Positions 1-10,056 of a stretch of DNA of 64,000 nt are shown piece after piece. The notes under the pieces were generated by a model. The model made no database searches and had not been told where the DNA came from. It saw nothing but the letters and a program-made list of their open reading frames with translations. The stretch comes from Candidatus Omnitrophota bacterium (GTDB taxonomy: Bacteria; Omnitrophota; Omnitrophia; Omnitrophales; Aquincolibacteriaceae), in NCBI GenBank assembly GCA_043732705.1, contig JAYTHE010000032.1, forward strand, positions 66,005 to 130,004, read 5' to 3'. How positions within the stretch are numbered: position 1 is the stretch's first letter; every line of letters begins with the position of its first letter. The translations under genes and the position numbers were made by a program.

Positions 1-1
1 T

Positions 2-379
2 CAAATGAGCTCAGTGATTAAGAATTTATTGGTGATGCCTAAGAACATGATGGCCAATATGGAAAAGAGCCGCGGAATTGTATTTTCCCAGGGGCTTTTG
101 TTGAAGCTCGTCCGCAAAGATCTCACCCGCGAAGAAGGCTATGCGCTGGTTCAACGCGCGGCCAAAAAAGTTTGGGACGAAGGCATTACGTTGAAAGAAG
201 CCGTGCTTTCCGATGACGCATTGATGCAGCATTTATCCCGTCAGGAAGTTGAAGAAGCTTTTGATTATGATTATCACATGCGCAACGTGCCGGTGATTAT
301 GGAACGTGCAGGAATTCCTGTGCGGACGGCTCAGGCCCGTAAAGAAGCGCGCATTAAAGAAAAGGAAATACGGAGATGA
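2..379 (+). CDS. purB: adenylosuccinate lyase, C-terminal fragment (gene continues upstream of the window)
   Basis: Frame is open from the window edge; the C-terminal residues resemble the PurB C-terminus and the gene sits directly upstream of purC. Confidence 0.6.
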   Translation, partial: QMSSVIKNLLVMPKNMMANMEKSRGIVFSQGLLLKLVRKDLTREEGYALVQRAAKKVWDEGITLKEAVLSDDALMQHLSRQEVEEAFDYDYHMRNVPVIMERAGIPVRTAQARKEARIKEKEIRR

Positions 380-1293
380 GTACCATGACTCAAAACGTTA
401 AGACAGTTTATCAAACCGAACTTAATCTTCCCGTCGTCGGCCGCGGCAAAGTGCGCGATATTTATGCCGTGGGCTCCGACAAGCTTTTGCTTGTAACATC
501 CGATCGCTTGAGCGCTTTCGATGTAGTTTTGCCTGATCCGATCCCAAACAAGGGCAAAGTTCTCAACCAGCTCACGATTTTTTGGTTGGATTATTTTAAA
601 AATATTATTCCGCAGCATTTGCTTTCAACGGATGTGAAGACGATGGGACTGCCTGCGGATGTTCTGGCGAAGCATGGCGAATTGCTCGAGGGGCGTTCCG
701 TTCTCGTCAAGCGTGCCAAGCCTTTGCCGATCGAGTGCGTTGTACGCGGATATATTACGGGTTCGGGTTGGAAAGATTATTTGAAGACCGGCTCTGTGTG
801 TGGACACAAGCTTCCAGAGGGTCTTAAACAATGTGAGAAATTCCCCGAGCCGCTTTTTACGCCCGCGACCAAAGCCGAAAGCGGACATGATGAAAACATT
901 GATTTTGAAACGGCAGCGAAACTTTGCGGAAAAGAAATTGCCGAAAAAGTGCGCGAGCTTTCAATTATGCTTTATGAAAAAGGTGCGGAATTTGCAAAAA
1001 CCAAAGGAATCATCATCGCCGATACAAAATTTGAATTTGGAATTTTGGATGGAAAGCTTATTTTGATCGACGAAGTATTGACGCCGGATAGTTCGCGTTT
1101 CTGGCCCGCGGATCAATATGAAGTGGGGCATGACCAGCCGAGTTTTGATAAACAGATTGTGCGTAACTATTTAGACGGTTTGGATTGGAATAAGGAAGCT
1201 CCGGGGCCGAAGTTGCCCGCGGATATCGCGCTGAAGACCGGTCTTGCTTATGTAGCCGCATATGAAAAATTGACAAACAAAAAATTTAGTTAG
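376..1293 (+). CDS. purC: phosphoribosylaminoimidazole-succinocarboxamide (SAICAR) synthase
   Basis: VGRGKVRDIY...SDRLSAFD signature; start overlaps the purB stop (ATGA). Confidence 0.9.
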   Translation: MSTMTQNVKTVYQTELNLPVVGRGKVRDIYAVGSDKLLLVTSDRLSAFDVVLPDPIPNKGKVLNQLTIFWLDYFKNIIPQHLLSTDVKTMGLPADVLAKHGELLEGRSVLVKRAKPLPIECVVRGYITGSGWKDYLKTGSVCGHKLPEGLKQCEKFPEPLFTPATKAESGHDENIDFETAAKLCGKEIAEKVRELSIMLYEKGAEFAKTKGIIIADTKFEFGILDGKLILIDEVLTPDSSRFWPADQYEVGHDQPSFDKQIVRNYLDGLDWNKEAPGPKLPADIALKTGLAYVAAYEKLTNKKFS

Positions 1294-1301
1294 TTTTTGT
1301 T

Positions 1302-1367
1302 TGTCATCCCCGCGAAGGCGGGGATCCAGTTACTAAAGACTAGATTCCCGCCTTCGCGGGAATGACA
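1302..1367. repeat. 66-bp imperfect inverted repeat made of two CCCCGCGAAGGCGGGG-type hairpins, purC-purS spacer
   Basis: tgtcatccccgcgaaggcggggatc ... gattcccgccttcgcgggaatgaca; the two arms are reverse complements of each other. Confidence 0.5.
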
Positions 1368-1388
1368 GAGAAGATTTGGAGAAACAGT

Positions 1389-1640
1389 ATGAAATTTAAA
1401 GCCAAAGTTTTAGTTTATCTTAAAAAATCAATTCTCGACGCGCAGGGTAATACAACTTTACACGCTTTGAAGAAAATCGGTTTTGCCGAAACCGAGAGCC
1501 TGCGTATCGGAAAGTATTTTGATTTGACGCTCGAAGCTGCTTCTCAGGCTGAAGCTGAAGCAAAAGCTAAGAAAATGAGTGAGCAGGTTCTTGCAAACAC
1601 CGTCATGGAAGACTTTTCAGTTGAGGTGAAAGCGCAATGA
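1389..1640 (+). CDS. purS: phosphoribosylformylglycinamidine (FGAM) synthase subunit PurS
   Basis: [20 protein letters not shown]... ~83 aa PurS-like; true start inside the longer track ORF. Confidence 0.85.
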   Translation: MKFKAKVLVYLKKSILDAQGNTTLHALKKIGFAETESLRIGKYFDLTLEAASQAEAEAKAKKMSEQVLANTVMEDFSVEVKAQ

Positions 1641-2338
1641 AAGCGGCTGTCATCGTTTTTCCGGGATCAAACTGCGACACAGACTGTCAGCATGCTTTAC
1701 AGAATGTCATGGGTATTTCAACTGAAATGGTTTGGCATAAAGATGCCGTGCTGCCCAAAGTTGATTTAGTCGTTTTGCCGGGCGGATTCAGCTACGGCGA
1801 TTATCTGCGCACTGGCGCGATTGCAAAATTTTCGCCGATTATGGAGCAGGTAAAAAAGCATGCCGAACGCGGCGGGCTTGTGATCGGCATCTGCAACGGT
1901 TTTCAAATTCTTCTGGAAGCAGGGCTTTTACCGGGAGCGATGCTGCGTAACCGTAATCAGCATTTTATCTGTAAGCATGTTTGGTTGAAAACGGAATCCA
2001 ACCAAACGTCGTTTACAAGTATATTGAAGACAGGCGAGCTTTTGAATGTTCCCGTGGCACACGGTGAGGGCAATTATTACTGTGACGATGCGACACTTAA
2101 ATCTTTACAGGAAGGCAAACAGATTATTTTTACGTATTCGAATGAAAAAGGTGAAGTGAATGAAAATACGAATATTAATGGATCGCGCGCCAATATCGCG
2201 GGCATTTGTAACGCAAAACGTAATGTGCTTGGCATGATGCCGCATCCTGAACGCGCCAGTGAATCAGTTTTAAGTTCATGGGACGGAAAAAAGATTTGGG
2301 AAAGTTTATTGAGTCAGGCCGGAGTGGCGCTCAAATGA
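1637..2338 (+). CDS. purQ: FGAM synthase glutaminase subunit PurQ
   Basis: Class-I glutamine amidotransferase with GICNGFQ motif; ATGA overlap with purS. Confidence 0.9.
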   Translation: MKAAVIVFPGSNCDTDCQHALQNVMGISTEMVWHKDAVLPKVDLVVLPGGFSYGDYLRTGAIAKFSPIMEQVKKHAERGGLVIGICNGFQILLEAGLLPGAMLRNRNQHFICKHVWLKTESNQTSFTSILKTGELLNVPVAHGEGNYYCDDATLKSLQEGKQIIFTYSNEKGEVNENTNINGSRANIAGICNAKRNVLGMMPHPERASESVLSSWDGKKIWESLLSQAGVALK

Positions 2339-4590
2339 CAACAACTGCTGTGGAAAAAAAGATGACACCCGAAATTATCAAGGCGCATGGGATTACAACC
2401 GACGAATACAGCCGGATTTTAAAAATCCTCGGCCGCGAACCGAATTTGACCGAGCTCGGAATGTTTAGCGTGATGTGGAGCGAGCATTGCTCCTACAAAA
2501 ATTCAAAGCCCATTCTCAAATTATTTTCAAAAATGAATGCGGATTTGCCGCGCCAGGAACAGCTTCTCGTGAAGCCGGGCGAAGAAAATGCGGGCATTAT
2601 TGATATCGGCGACGGCTGGGCGATTTGTTTTAAAATCGAAAGTCATAATCATCCTTCCGCGATTGAGCCGTTTCAAGGTGCCGCAACCGGCGTGGGCGGG
2701 ATCTTGCGTGACATTTTTACCATGGGCGCGCGGCCTGTATTGCTCATGAATTCATTACGTTTCGGAGATTTGAAGCAGCCGATTACACAGCGTTTATTTA
2801 AAGGTGTTGTTGCGGGTATCAGCCATTATGGTAATTGCATGGGGATTCCGACGGCGGGCGGCGAAGTTTATTTTGATCCTTGCTACGAAGGCAATCCGCT
2901 TGTGAATGCAATGGCGCTGGGCCTTATCCGTTCGGATGAAATTGTGCGCGGCAGCGCAACCGGCATCGGAAATTCAGTTTATTATCTTGGCGCGGCAACC
3001 GGACGCGACGGACTCGGCGGCGCGGCCTTCGCATCCAAAGAACTTTCTGAAGAAAGCCACGAAGACCGACCTGCGGTTCAAGCCGGCGATCCGTTTATGG
3101 AAAAGCTTTTGCTTGAAGCCTGCCTCGAACTTTTAAAAACCGACGCGGTTGTAGGTATGCAAGATATGGGCGCGGCGGGATTAACTTGCGCGGGCTGCGA
3201 AACAGCATCGCGCGGAAATTCAGCGGTCGAAATTGATTTACAGTATGTGCCACGCCGCGAAACAGGAATGATTCCTTACGAAATTATGCTTTCTGAATCC
3301 CAAGAGCGCATGCTTGTGATCGTAAAAAAAGGCCGCGAAAGTGAAGTGGAACGTATTTTTGAAAAATGGGATTTACATGCGGTTCGGATCGGAGAAGTCG
3401 TTGCCGGCAATGACTATATTGTTAAAGATAACGGCAAAGTTGTTGCGCAGATTCCGGCGAAAGCTCTCGCCGATGACGGTCCGGTTTATGTGCGTGAAGA
3501 ACAGCGACCCGCATATTTAGCTGAGGCTTCAAAATTGGATTTATCTAAAATTCCCGAGCCAAAAGATTTCACCGTGACCTTGCTCAAACTTTTGGGACAT
3601 CCTTCGCTTGCAAGTAAAGCATGGGTTTGGGAACAGTACGATCACATGGTCCGTACCGACACTGTTTTTTATCCCGGTCATGATGCTGCGTTAATCCGCG
3701 TTAAAGGGACGAATAAGGGCATTGCGGTTTCGACTGATTGCAATAGCTTGTATGTTTATCTTGATCCTTATCGCGGAGGAACCATTGCCGTGGCTGAAGC
3801 GGCCCGCAATGTCGCATGTACAGGAGCGCGTCCGGTCGGTATGTCAAATTGTTTAAACTATGGTAACCCAATGAAGCCGGAAATTTTCTGGCAATTCCAT
3901 CAATCGGTTTTGGGCCTCATCGAATCCTGCAAAACACTTGAAATTCCGGTGACCGGCGGCAATGTCAGCTTTTATAATGAAAGTCCGCAAGCCGCTGTTT
4001 TTCCGACGCCGACGATTACGATTGTAGGCTTGCTTGATAATCTTGAAAATCGCGTCCCGTCTTCATTTCAAAATGAAGGTGATTTGATTTTTGTCGTGGG
4101 CGAAACCAAAAATGAAATCGGCGCCAGCCATTATTTAATGGTTGAGCATGGTTTGCAGAAAGGCGTGCCGCCGATTCTTGATTTAAAGCGTGAAAAAAAT
4201 CTTCAACAGTTTTTAATCGCAGCTGCCGCGCAGAAGCAAGTCAACTCCGCGCATGACACATCAGAAGGCGGATTGGCATTTGCACTTGCAGAATGCTGCT
4301 TTAAGAACTGTAAAGGTTTGGGCGCCGTAGTGGATGGCCTTGAGCTTATCCGTCACTCTGAACTGCGTGATGATGCGCTTTATTTCGGTGAAAGCCAGTC
4401 ACGCGTGATTATTTCTGTAAATGCCGGTAAGAAAGAATCCGTGATTAAGCTTGCAATGCAATATGACTTACCGATTCTTCCGCTTGGAAAAGTCTCTGGT
4501 AAAGAATTGATCATGGATAAGTTGCAGATTTCGGTTGAAAAAATGAAACAGGTCTTTGATTCCGCCATTCCAAACATCATGGACGCATAA
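2335..4590 (+). CDS. purL: FGAM synthase II large subunit PurL
   Basis: AIR-synthase-related repeats; start MTTTAVEKK overlaps the purQ stop. Confidence 0.9.
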   Translation: MTTTAVEKKMTPEIIKAHGITTDEYSRILKILGREPNLTELGMFSVMWSEHCSYKNSKPILKLFSKMNADLPRQEQLLVKPGEENAGIIDIGDGWAICFKIESHNHPSAIEPFQGAATGVGGILRDIFTMGARPVLLMNSLRFGDLKQPITQRLFKGVVAGISHYGNCMGIPTAGGEVYFDPCYEGNPLVNAMALGLIRSDEIVRGSATGIGNSVYYLGAATGRDGLGGAAFASKELSEESHEDRPAVQAGDPFMEKLLLEACLELLKTDAVVGMQDMGAAGLTCAGCETASRGNSAVEIDLQYVPRRETGMIPYEIMLSESQERMLVIVKKGRESEVERIFEKWDLHAVRIGEVVAGNDYIVKDNGKVVAQIPAKALADDGPVYVREEQRPAYLAEASKLDLSKIPEPKDFTVTLLKLLGHPSLASKAWVWEQYDHMVRTDTVFYPGHDAALIRVKGTNKGIAVSTDCNSLYVYLDPYRGGTIAVAEAARNVACTGARPVGMSNCLNYGNPMKPEIFWQFHQSVLGLIESCKTLEIPVTGGNVSFYNESPQAAVFPTPTITIVGLLDNLENRVPSSFQNEGDLIFVVGETKNEIGASHYLMVEHGLQKGVPPILDLKREKNLQQFLIAAAAQKQVNSAHDTSEGGLAFALAECCFKNCKGLGAVVDGLELIRHSELRDDALYFGESQSRVIISVNAGKKESVIKLAMQYDLPILPLGKVSGKELIMDKLQISVEKMKQVFDSAIPNIMDA

Positions 4591-6132
4591 ATGGACATTT
4601 TTAAGTACCAGCGGTTGCTCAAAAAAGCTCAGATGCAAGACGCGGCCGAGCGATTGCGGAGGCGTGCAAAGACGCACGCCGCACAAAAGAGCGGTGGACG
4701 CGACGCAGCAGGTGAATTTTTTCAGCAGCCGCAGCACTATTGTGGAGTGTTCGGGATTTACAACCATCCCGAAGCAGCGCGTCTAACGCATCTCGGTCTT
4801 TTCGCTTTGCAGCATCGCGGTGAAGAAGCTGCTGGTATTTGCACATCCGACGGACGTGAACTCCACCTGATTAAAAATCGCGGTCTAGTTGGAGAAGTCT
4901 TCAACGAGGAAAGTTTTGCCAAGCTTCCGGGCTCGAGCGCAATCGGACATGTTCGTTACTCAACTACCGGCTCATCCAACCTTTTAAATACCCAGCCGTA
5001 CAAAGTGAACTATTTAAAAGGACAGCTCGCGGTGGGGCATAACGGTAATTTGGTGAATGCGCAGCAACTGCGCGCGGACCTCGAAGCATCTGGCGCGATT
5101 TTTGGCAGCACGATGGATTCCGAGGTTTTTGTGCATCTTATGGCCAATCCCGCGTACCCAACGTTGGAAGAAGCTCTAACGCACACTGTAAAGAAAGTCG
5201 AGGGCGCGTACTCGCTCGTTATGCTGACTCAAAAAGAATTGATCGGCGTGCGTGATCCAAATGGTTTTCGTCCACTTTGCTTAGGTAAAATCGGCGGATG
5301 CTACGTGATTGCTTCCGAAACCTGCGCGTTTGATTTAGTGGAAGCGGAATTAATCCGTGAAATTGAACCGGGCGAAGTCGTGATTATTGACGAGAACGGA
5401 GTGAAGAGCTTTTTCCCGCACGGCCGTAACTCGCGGAAGCCCGCTCAATGTGTTTTTGAATTTGTTTATTTTGCGCGTCCCGATTCGAATATTTTCGGAA
5501 ATAACGTTGCGCTGGTACGTGAAGAATTAGGCCGTCAGCTTGCCAAAGAAACAAACGTAGCCGCTGATCTTGTCATTCCGGTGCCGGACTCAGGCAATTT
5601 TGCGGCCATGGGATATTCAAAGCAATCCGGAATTCCTTTGGGGCATGGCTTCACACGCAACCATTATATTGGGCGAACCTTTATTAATCCCGAACAGGGA
5701 CAGCGGACACTCAAAGTAAAAATTAAACTGAATCCGATTAAGCAGGTTGTGAAAGATAAACGCGTTGTGGTGGTGGATGATTCGATTGTGCGCGGCAACA
5801 CGGCAAAATCGCGCGTCAAGCTTTTGCGTGCCGCGGGAGCCAAGGAAGTGCATATGCGCATCAGCTGTCCGCCACATCTTTGGCCATGCTATTACGGGAT
5901 TGATTTTCCTTCAAAAACGGAACTGATCGCATCCAACATGGAAATCAGCGAAATCAAAAAATATTTAGATGTCGACAGCATTGGTTATCTGTCGCTCGAT
6001 GGCATGCTGCAGGCAACAGGCAAGAATCCCAACGATTTTTGCTCGGCTTGTTTTGACGGAAAGTATCCGACTAAAATTACGGATGAAATTGATAAATTGA
6101 AGCTAGAAAGAAAAACGAGTTTATTCGCATGA
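4591..6132 (+). CDS. purF: amidophosphoribosyltransferase (long N-terminal extension before the catalytic Cys)
   Basis: CGVFGIY...HRGEEAAGI Ntn motif, PRTase domain and C-terminal Cys ligands. Confidence 0.85.
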   Translation: MDIFKYQRLLKKAQMQDAAERLRRRAKTHAAQKSGGRDAAGEFFQQPQHYCGVFGIYNHPEAARLTHLGLFALQHRGEEAAGICTSDGRELHLIKNRGLVGEVFNEESFAKLPGSSAIGHVRYSTTGSSNLLNTQPYKVNYLKGQLAVGHNGNLVNAQQLRADLEASGAIFGSTMDSEVFVHLMANPAYPTLEEALTHTVKKVEGAYSLVMLTQKELIGVRDPNGFRPLCLGKIGGCYVIASETCAFDLVEAELIREIEPGEVVIIDENGVKSFFPHGRNSRKPAQCVFEFVYFARPDSNIFGNNVALVREELGRQLAKETNVAADLVIPVPDSGNFAAMGYSKQSGIPLGHGFTRNHYIGRTFINPEQGQRTLKVKIKLNPIKQVVKDKRVVVVDDSIVRGNTAKSRVKLLRAAGAKEVHMRISCPPHLWPCYYGIDFPSKTELIASNMEISEIKKYLDVDSIGYLSLDGMLQATGKNPNDFCSACFDGKYPTKITDEIDKLKLERKTSLFA

Positions 6133-6143
6133 GCCTATTTTTG

Positions 6144-6169
6144 TTTTGCTCTGGGCTGCGCCCAACCGC
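6144..6169 (+). repeat. intergenic motif family copy 1 (TTTGCTCTG-hairpin-CAACCGC)
   Basis: ttttgctctgGGGCtgcGCCCaaccgc between purF and purM. Confidence 0.6.
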
Positions 6170-6184
6170 TAAGAGGCAATAATA

Positions 6185-7216
6185 GTGACAAAAAAACCTC
6201 TGAAAAAATGGACCTACGAAGCCGCGGGTGTGCCGCATTTAAAAGGCGACCCAAAATATAACGGAGAAATCCGCAATTGGATCGGCTCAACCAAAATTCC
6301 CGGTGTGATGGGCAGTGCCACGGGCTTCGCGTCGATGTTTGATTTAAGTGCGCGGGGTATTAAAGATCCTGTTATGGTAACTTCGACGGATGGTGTGGGT
6401 ACCAAGTTGGAACTTGCGTCATTGCAAAAAAAGCATGATACGATCGGAATTGATTTGGTCGCGATGTGCGTGAACGATATTCTCGCGGTCGGTGCGGCGC
6501 CCGTTGTCTTTTTAGATTATTTTGCGACAGGAAAGTTTAATCCCAAAACGACGCGTGAAGTTTTAAGAGGTGTAGTCGAAGGCTGCCGCCAGGCCGGCTG
6601 CGCGCTTGTGGGCGGTGAAACCGCGATTATGCCCGGATTTTACCAAACATCAGGCGGACATTCACAATACGATGTGGCTGGTTTTTCAGTAGGGCTAGTT
6701 TCCAAAAGCCGGATTATCGACGGCAGTAAAATAAAAAAGGGCGATGTTGTTTTAGGTATCGCATCATCCGGCGTGCATTCAAACGGTTTTTCGCTTGTGC
6801 GGAAATTATTTTCAAAAAAGGAATTATCCGGGAAAATCGGGCAATCGCTTTTAACTCCGACGCGAATTTATGTGAAACCTGTTTTGCGTTTGATGCAGTC
6901 TGTTTCGCTCCTGGGAATCGCGAATATTACCGGAGGCGGCTTGGTTGATAATTTGCCGCGCATTTTGCCCAAAGGCCTTTCGGCCGCGATTGATGCGAAG
7001 AGTTGGACAGTACCTGATATTTTTAAAAAGATGCAAAGTGCGGGCGGTATCAATTCGCGTGAAATGTTCCGTACTTTTAATATGGGGATCGGTATGACGC
7101 TTGTCATGCGCCCTGATCATGCGGCGACAGCGCAAAAAATTTTAAAATCATTGGGTTTTGTGTCATGGAAAATCGGTCACATTGTTTCCGGTAAACAGCA
7201 AGTGGAGATTGCATGA
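6185..7216 (+). CDS. purM: phosphoribosylformylglycinamidine cyclo-ligase (AIR synthetase)
   Basis: PurM-like N- and C-terminal domains (DGVGTK...). Confidence 0.9.
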   Translation: MTKKPLKKWTYEAAGVPHLKGDPKYNGEIRNWIGSTKIPGVMGSATGFASMFDLSARGIKDPVMVTSTDGVGTKLELASLQKKHDTIGIDLVAMCVNDILAVGAAPVVFLDYFATGKFNPKTTREVLRGVVEGCRQAGCALVGGETAIMPGFYQTSGGHSQYDVAGFSVGLVSKSRIIDGSKIKKGDVVLGIASSGVHSNGFSLVRKLFSKKELSGKIGQSLLTPTRIYVKPVLRLMQSVSLLGIANITGGGLVDNLPRILPKGLSAAIDAKSWTVPDIFKKMQSAGGINSREMFRTFNMGIGMTLVMRPDHAATAQKILKSLGFVSWKIGHIVSGKQQVEIA

Positions 7217-8493
7217 AAGTCTTAGTGGTTGGTTCCGGCGCGCGCGAGCATGCGTTGATTTGGAAAATGAAGCAAAGTCCGATTGTTACCAAGATTTTTG
7301 CCGCGCCAGGGAATGCTGGCATCGCGGATATCGCGGAATGTGTTTCAATTAAAGTTGAAGACATTCAAGGTTTGCTTGATTTTGCTTTAACAGAAAAAAT
7401 CGGATTGACGGTAGTGGGTCCGGAAATTCCACTTGTACTCGGAATTCAAAATGCTTTTCACGAACGCGGGCTTAAAGTATTTGGACCTTCAAAAGAAGCC
7501 GCATATCTTGAAGGCAGTAAAGTTTTTTCCAAGCAAATGATGACAAAATATGGAATTCCTACCGCGGAATATGAAATCTTTTCCAACCCAAACGAAGCCA
7601 AGCATTATGTGATTGAAACTGAAATGCCGGTTGTGATTAAGGCCGATGGGCTCGCAGCGGGCAAAGGCGTTATTATTTGTGAAACAGCCGAACAGGCGGT
7701 TGCCGCAATCACGCAAATCATGGAACAAAAAATTTTCGGAGATTCCGGAAATAAGATTGTGATTGAGGAAAAATTAGAAGGCGAGGAGATTTCCGTTTTT
7801 GCTTTAACTGACGGAGAAATGGTTTTACCTTTAATCAGCGCGCGTGACCATAAGCGTGCTTATGATAATGATCAGGGGCCGAATACCGGCGGAATGGGCG
7901 CTTTTTCACCGAACCCCCAATTTTCAGATGCAGACACTCAGGAAATGGTTCGGGTCGCGATTGAACCGCTTGTGAAGGGCATGAAAAATGAAGGCAAGCC
8001 TTTTCGTGGTGTCGTATTCGCGGGGATCATGATGACGGCAAAAGGCCCGTATGTGCTTGAATACAACGCGCGTTTTGGTGACCCCGAAACCGAAGTCATT
8101 TTACCGCGTTTAAAATCCGATATAGTTCCGTTATTCCAGCAAATCAGCGAAGGCCGTTTAACGACACGGCAGCTTGATTGGGATATGCGTCCATGCATGA
8201 CCGTTGTGATGGTTTCAGGCGGTTATCCCGGTGGTTACGCCAAGGGCCATCCGATTCATGGACTTCAAGCCTCTGCGCAAAGAAAAGATGTTTGCGTGTT
8301 TCATGCTGGAACCGCTTTTAACGATTCGAAGCAAGTTGTAACGGCGGGTGGGCGTGTGCTGGCGGTAACGGCCTGGGGTGAAACTATGCGTGAGGCGTTT
8401 GACCGCGTTTACCAGGCAGTTTCCGACATTAAATTTAAAGATGCGTATTTCCGCCGCGACATAGGCAAGAAGACGTTGGAAGTACTGCGCTGA
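7213..8493 (+). CDS. purD: phosphoribosylamine-glycine ligase
   Basis: MKVLVVGSGAREHAL... ATP-grasp fold; ATGA overlap with purM. Confidence 0.9.
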   Translation: MKVLVVGSGAREHALIWKMKQSPIVTKIFAAPGNAGIADIAECVSIKVEDIQGLLDFALTEKIGLTVVGPEIPLVLGIQNAFHERGLKVFGPSKEAAYLEGSKVFSKQMMTKYGIPTAEYEIFSNPNEAKHYVIETEMPVVIKADGLAAGKGVIICETAEQAVAAITQIMEQKIFGDSGNKIVIEEKLEGEEISVFALTDGEMVLPLISARDHKRAYDNDQGPNTGGMGAFSPNPQFSDADTQEMVRVAIEPLVKGMKNEGKPFRGVVFAGIMMTAKGPYVLEYNARFGDPETEVILPRLKSDIVPLFQQISEGRLTTRQLDWDMRPCMTVVMVSGGYPGGYAKGHPIHGLQASAQRKDVCVFHAGTAFNDSKQVVTAGGRVLAVTAWGETMREAFDRVYQAVSDIKFKDAYFRRDIGKKTLEVLR

Positions 8494-8497
8494 TATA

Positions 8498-8525
8498 TTT
8501 TGCTCTGTGCCAATGGCACAACCGC
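8498..8525 (+). repeat. intergenic motif family copy 2
   Basis: tttgctctgTGCCAaTGGCAcaaccgc immediately after the purD stop. Confidence 0.6.
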
Positions 8526-8534
8526 ACAATTATG

Positions 8535-8559
8535 TTTAGCTCTGGCTTCGCTCAACCGC
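8535..8559 (+). repeat. intergenic motif family copy 3 (tandem with copy 2)
   Basis: tttagctctggcttcgctcaaccgc followed by gaagtc (alternative pairing). Confidence 0.45.
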
Positions 8560-8588
8560 GAAGTCTATAAAATAAGGAGAAGGTTAGT

Positions 8589-9089
8589 ATGTCAAAAGTT
8601 CAAGTATCAATTCTTATGGGCAGTGACTCGGATTGGGAAGTTATGAAAGAAGCCTATGATGCCATGAAGGAATTTGGCGTTGTAAGCGATATGAACGTGA
8701 TGTCAGCTCATCGCACGCCGCATGAAGTTGGGGAATTTGTCTCACGCGCGGTGAGTGACGGTAAGAAAGTGATTATCGCAGGCGCGGGCAGCGCGGCGCA
8801 TTTGGCGGGAGTTTGTGCGGCGCATACGACATTACCCGTTATCGGTGTTCCGCTCAATGCCACTTCATTGGGCGGATTTGACGCTTTGCTTGCTACAGTT
8901 CAAATGCCCGCAGGTATTCCTGTTGCGACTGTCGCGGTTGGGAAGTCGGGCGCGCGCAATGCAGGTATTTTGGCTGTGCAAATTTTGGCGACTTCGGACG
9001 CGGTATTGGCAAAAAAATTAACAGAATTTAAAAAGACCATGGCCGACAAAGTAAAAGAAAAAAATGCGCGCATGCAGAAGACGCTGTGA
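8589..9089 (+). CDS. purE: N5-carboxyaminoimidazole ribonucleotide mutase / AIR carboxylase
   Basis: ILMGSDSDW...GAGSAAHL PurE signature. Confidence 0.9.
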   Translation: MSKVQVSILMGSDSDWEVMKEAYDAMKEFGVVSDMNVMSAHRTPHEVGEFVSRAVSDGKKVIIAGAGSAAHLAGVCAAHTTLPVIGVPLNATSLGGFDALLATVQMPAGIPVATVAVGKSGARNAGILAVQILATSDAVLAKKLTEFKKTMADKVKEKNARMQKTL

Positions 9090-9091
9090 TA

Positions 9092-9117
9092 TTTTTTTCT
9101 CTGCGTAAACGCAACCG
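9092..9117 (+). repeat. intergenic motif family copy 4
   Basis: tttttttctctGCGTaaACGCaaccg after the purE stop. Confidence 0.55.
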
Positions 9118-9133
9118 AGAAACCTAATAAACT

Positions 9134-9595
9134 ATGACTGAAACAGCGACAGCAGTAAAAAAAGTTTTAGTGGTTTGCACGGGGAATACATGCCGTTCTC
9201 CGATGGCGGAAGCCCTGCTCCGTTTAGAATTTAAGAAAAAAGGTTATGGCTCGCGCGTGGAAGTTTCTTCCTGCGGAACAGGAACCCGTGACGGAATTCC
9301 AGCCGCTTCAGAAGGTGTTTTTGTGATGCGTAACCGTGAAATTGATATTAGTCCGCATCGCAGCCGTAAAATCAAACCGGAATTTTTAAAAGACGCGGCC
9401 TTAATTATTGCCATGAATCCGATGCATACGGAGGCATTACTTGCGACCAATCCGGAAGTGAAGCCTAAGCTGATGACGTTTCAAATTACGGATCCGGTCG
9501 GAATGAGTATTCGTGTTTATCAGGAGACGCTTGATTCAATTCAGGTTCAAATTACAAAAGAATGGCCGGAAATCTTAAAAAGGCTGGGATTGTAA
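9134..9595 (+). CDS. low-molecular-weight protein tyrosine phosphatase
   Basis: VLVVCTGNTCRSPMAE P-loop (CX5R) near the N-terminus. Confidence 0.8.
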   Translation: MTETATAVKKVLVVCTGNTCRSPMAEALLRLEFKKKGYGSRVEVSSCGTGTRDGIPAASEGVFVMRNREIDISPHRSRKIKPEFLKDAALIIAMNPMHTEALLATNPEVKPKLMTFQITDPVGMSIRVYQETLDSIQVQITKEWPEILKRLGL

Positions 9596-10056
9596 TGAAT
9601 ATTCAAAAAATTGCGTTAGCCTGTGATCACCGCGGCATTGCGATTAAAAATGAAATTATCGGTTATTTAAAGAAGCGCGGAATCGAAGCGCTTGATTTTG
9701 GGACCAATACGGAAGCTTCCTGCGATTATCCCGATTTTATTTTACCGGCCGCGGTTTCGCTCTCAAAAGGCGAATCGCAACGCGCGATCGGGATTTGCTA
9801 TACGGGTATCGGCAGTGTGATTGCTGCGAATAAGGTCAAAGGTGTGCGAGCGGCTTTGGTCGAAGATGTTCCTCGCGCCCGGTTGACGCGTCAGCATAAT
9901 GATTCCAATATGCTGATTCTTGCGTCAGGTTTTCATTCCAGTAACGAATTAATGCAAATTGTCGAAGCCTGGCTCGACACCGACTTCGAAGGAGGCCGTC
10001 ATGAGCACCGCGTTCGCAAAATCGAGTCCTATGAAAACAAACACATCGCTTCTTGA
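9595..10056 (+). CDS. rpiB: ribose-5-phosphate isomerase B (RpiB/LacAB family)
   Basis: [21 protein letters not shown]...; a good ATG at 9595 inside the longer track ORF. Confidence 0.8.
   Translation: MNIQKIALACDHRGIAIKNEIIGYLKKRGIEALDFGTNTEASCDYPDFILPAAVSLSKGESQRAIGICYTGIGSVIAANKVKGVRAALVEDVPRARLTRQHNDSNMLILASGFHSSNELMQIVEAWLDTDFEGGRHEHRVRKIESYENKHIAS

Noticed and set aside
26-888. Antisense ORFs 26..232, 331..618 and 625..888 on the minus strand
   Set aside because: They are fully embedded opposite well-supported purB/purC coding sequence. They have no RBS or family resemblance and are typical shadow ORFs. The same applies to most other minus-strand track ORFs inside + strand genes.
8815-9021. 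ORFs 8815..9021 and 2906..3136 (+ strand, alternative frames)
   Set aside because: They are embedded out of frame within purE and purL respectively. They are GC-skewed Arg/Leu-rich artefacts.
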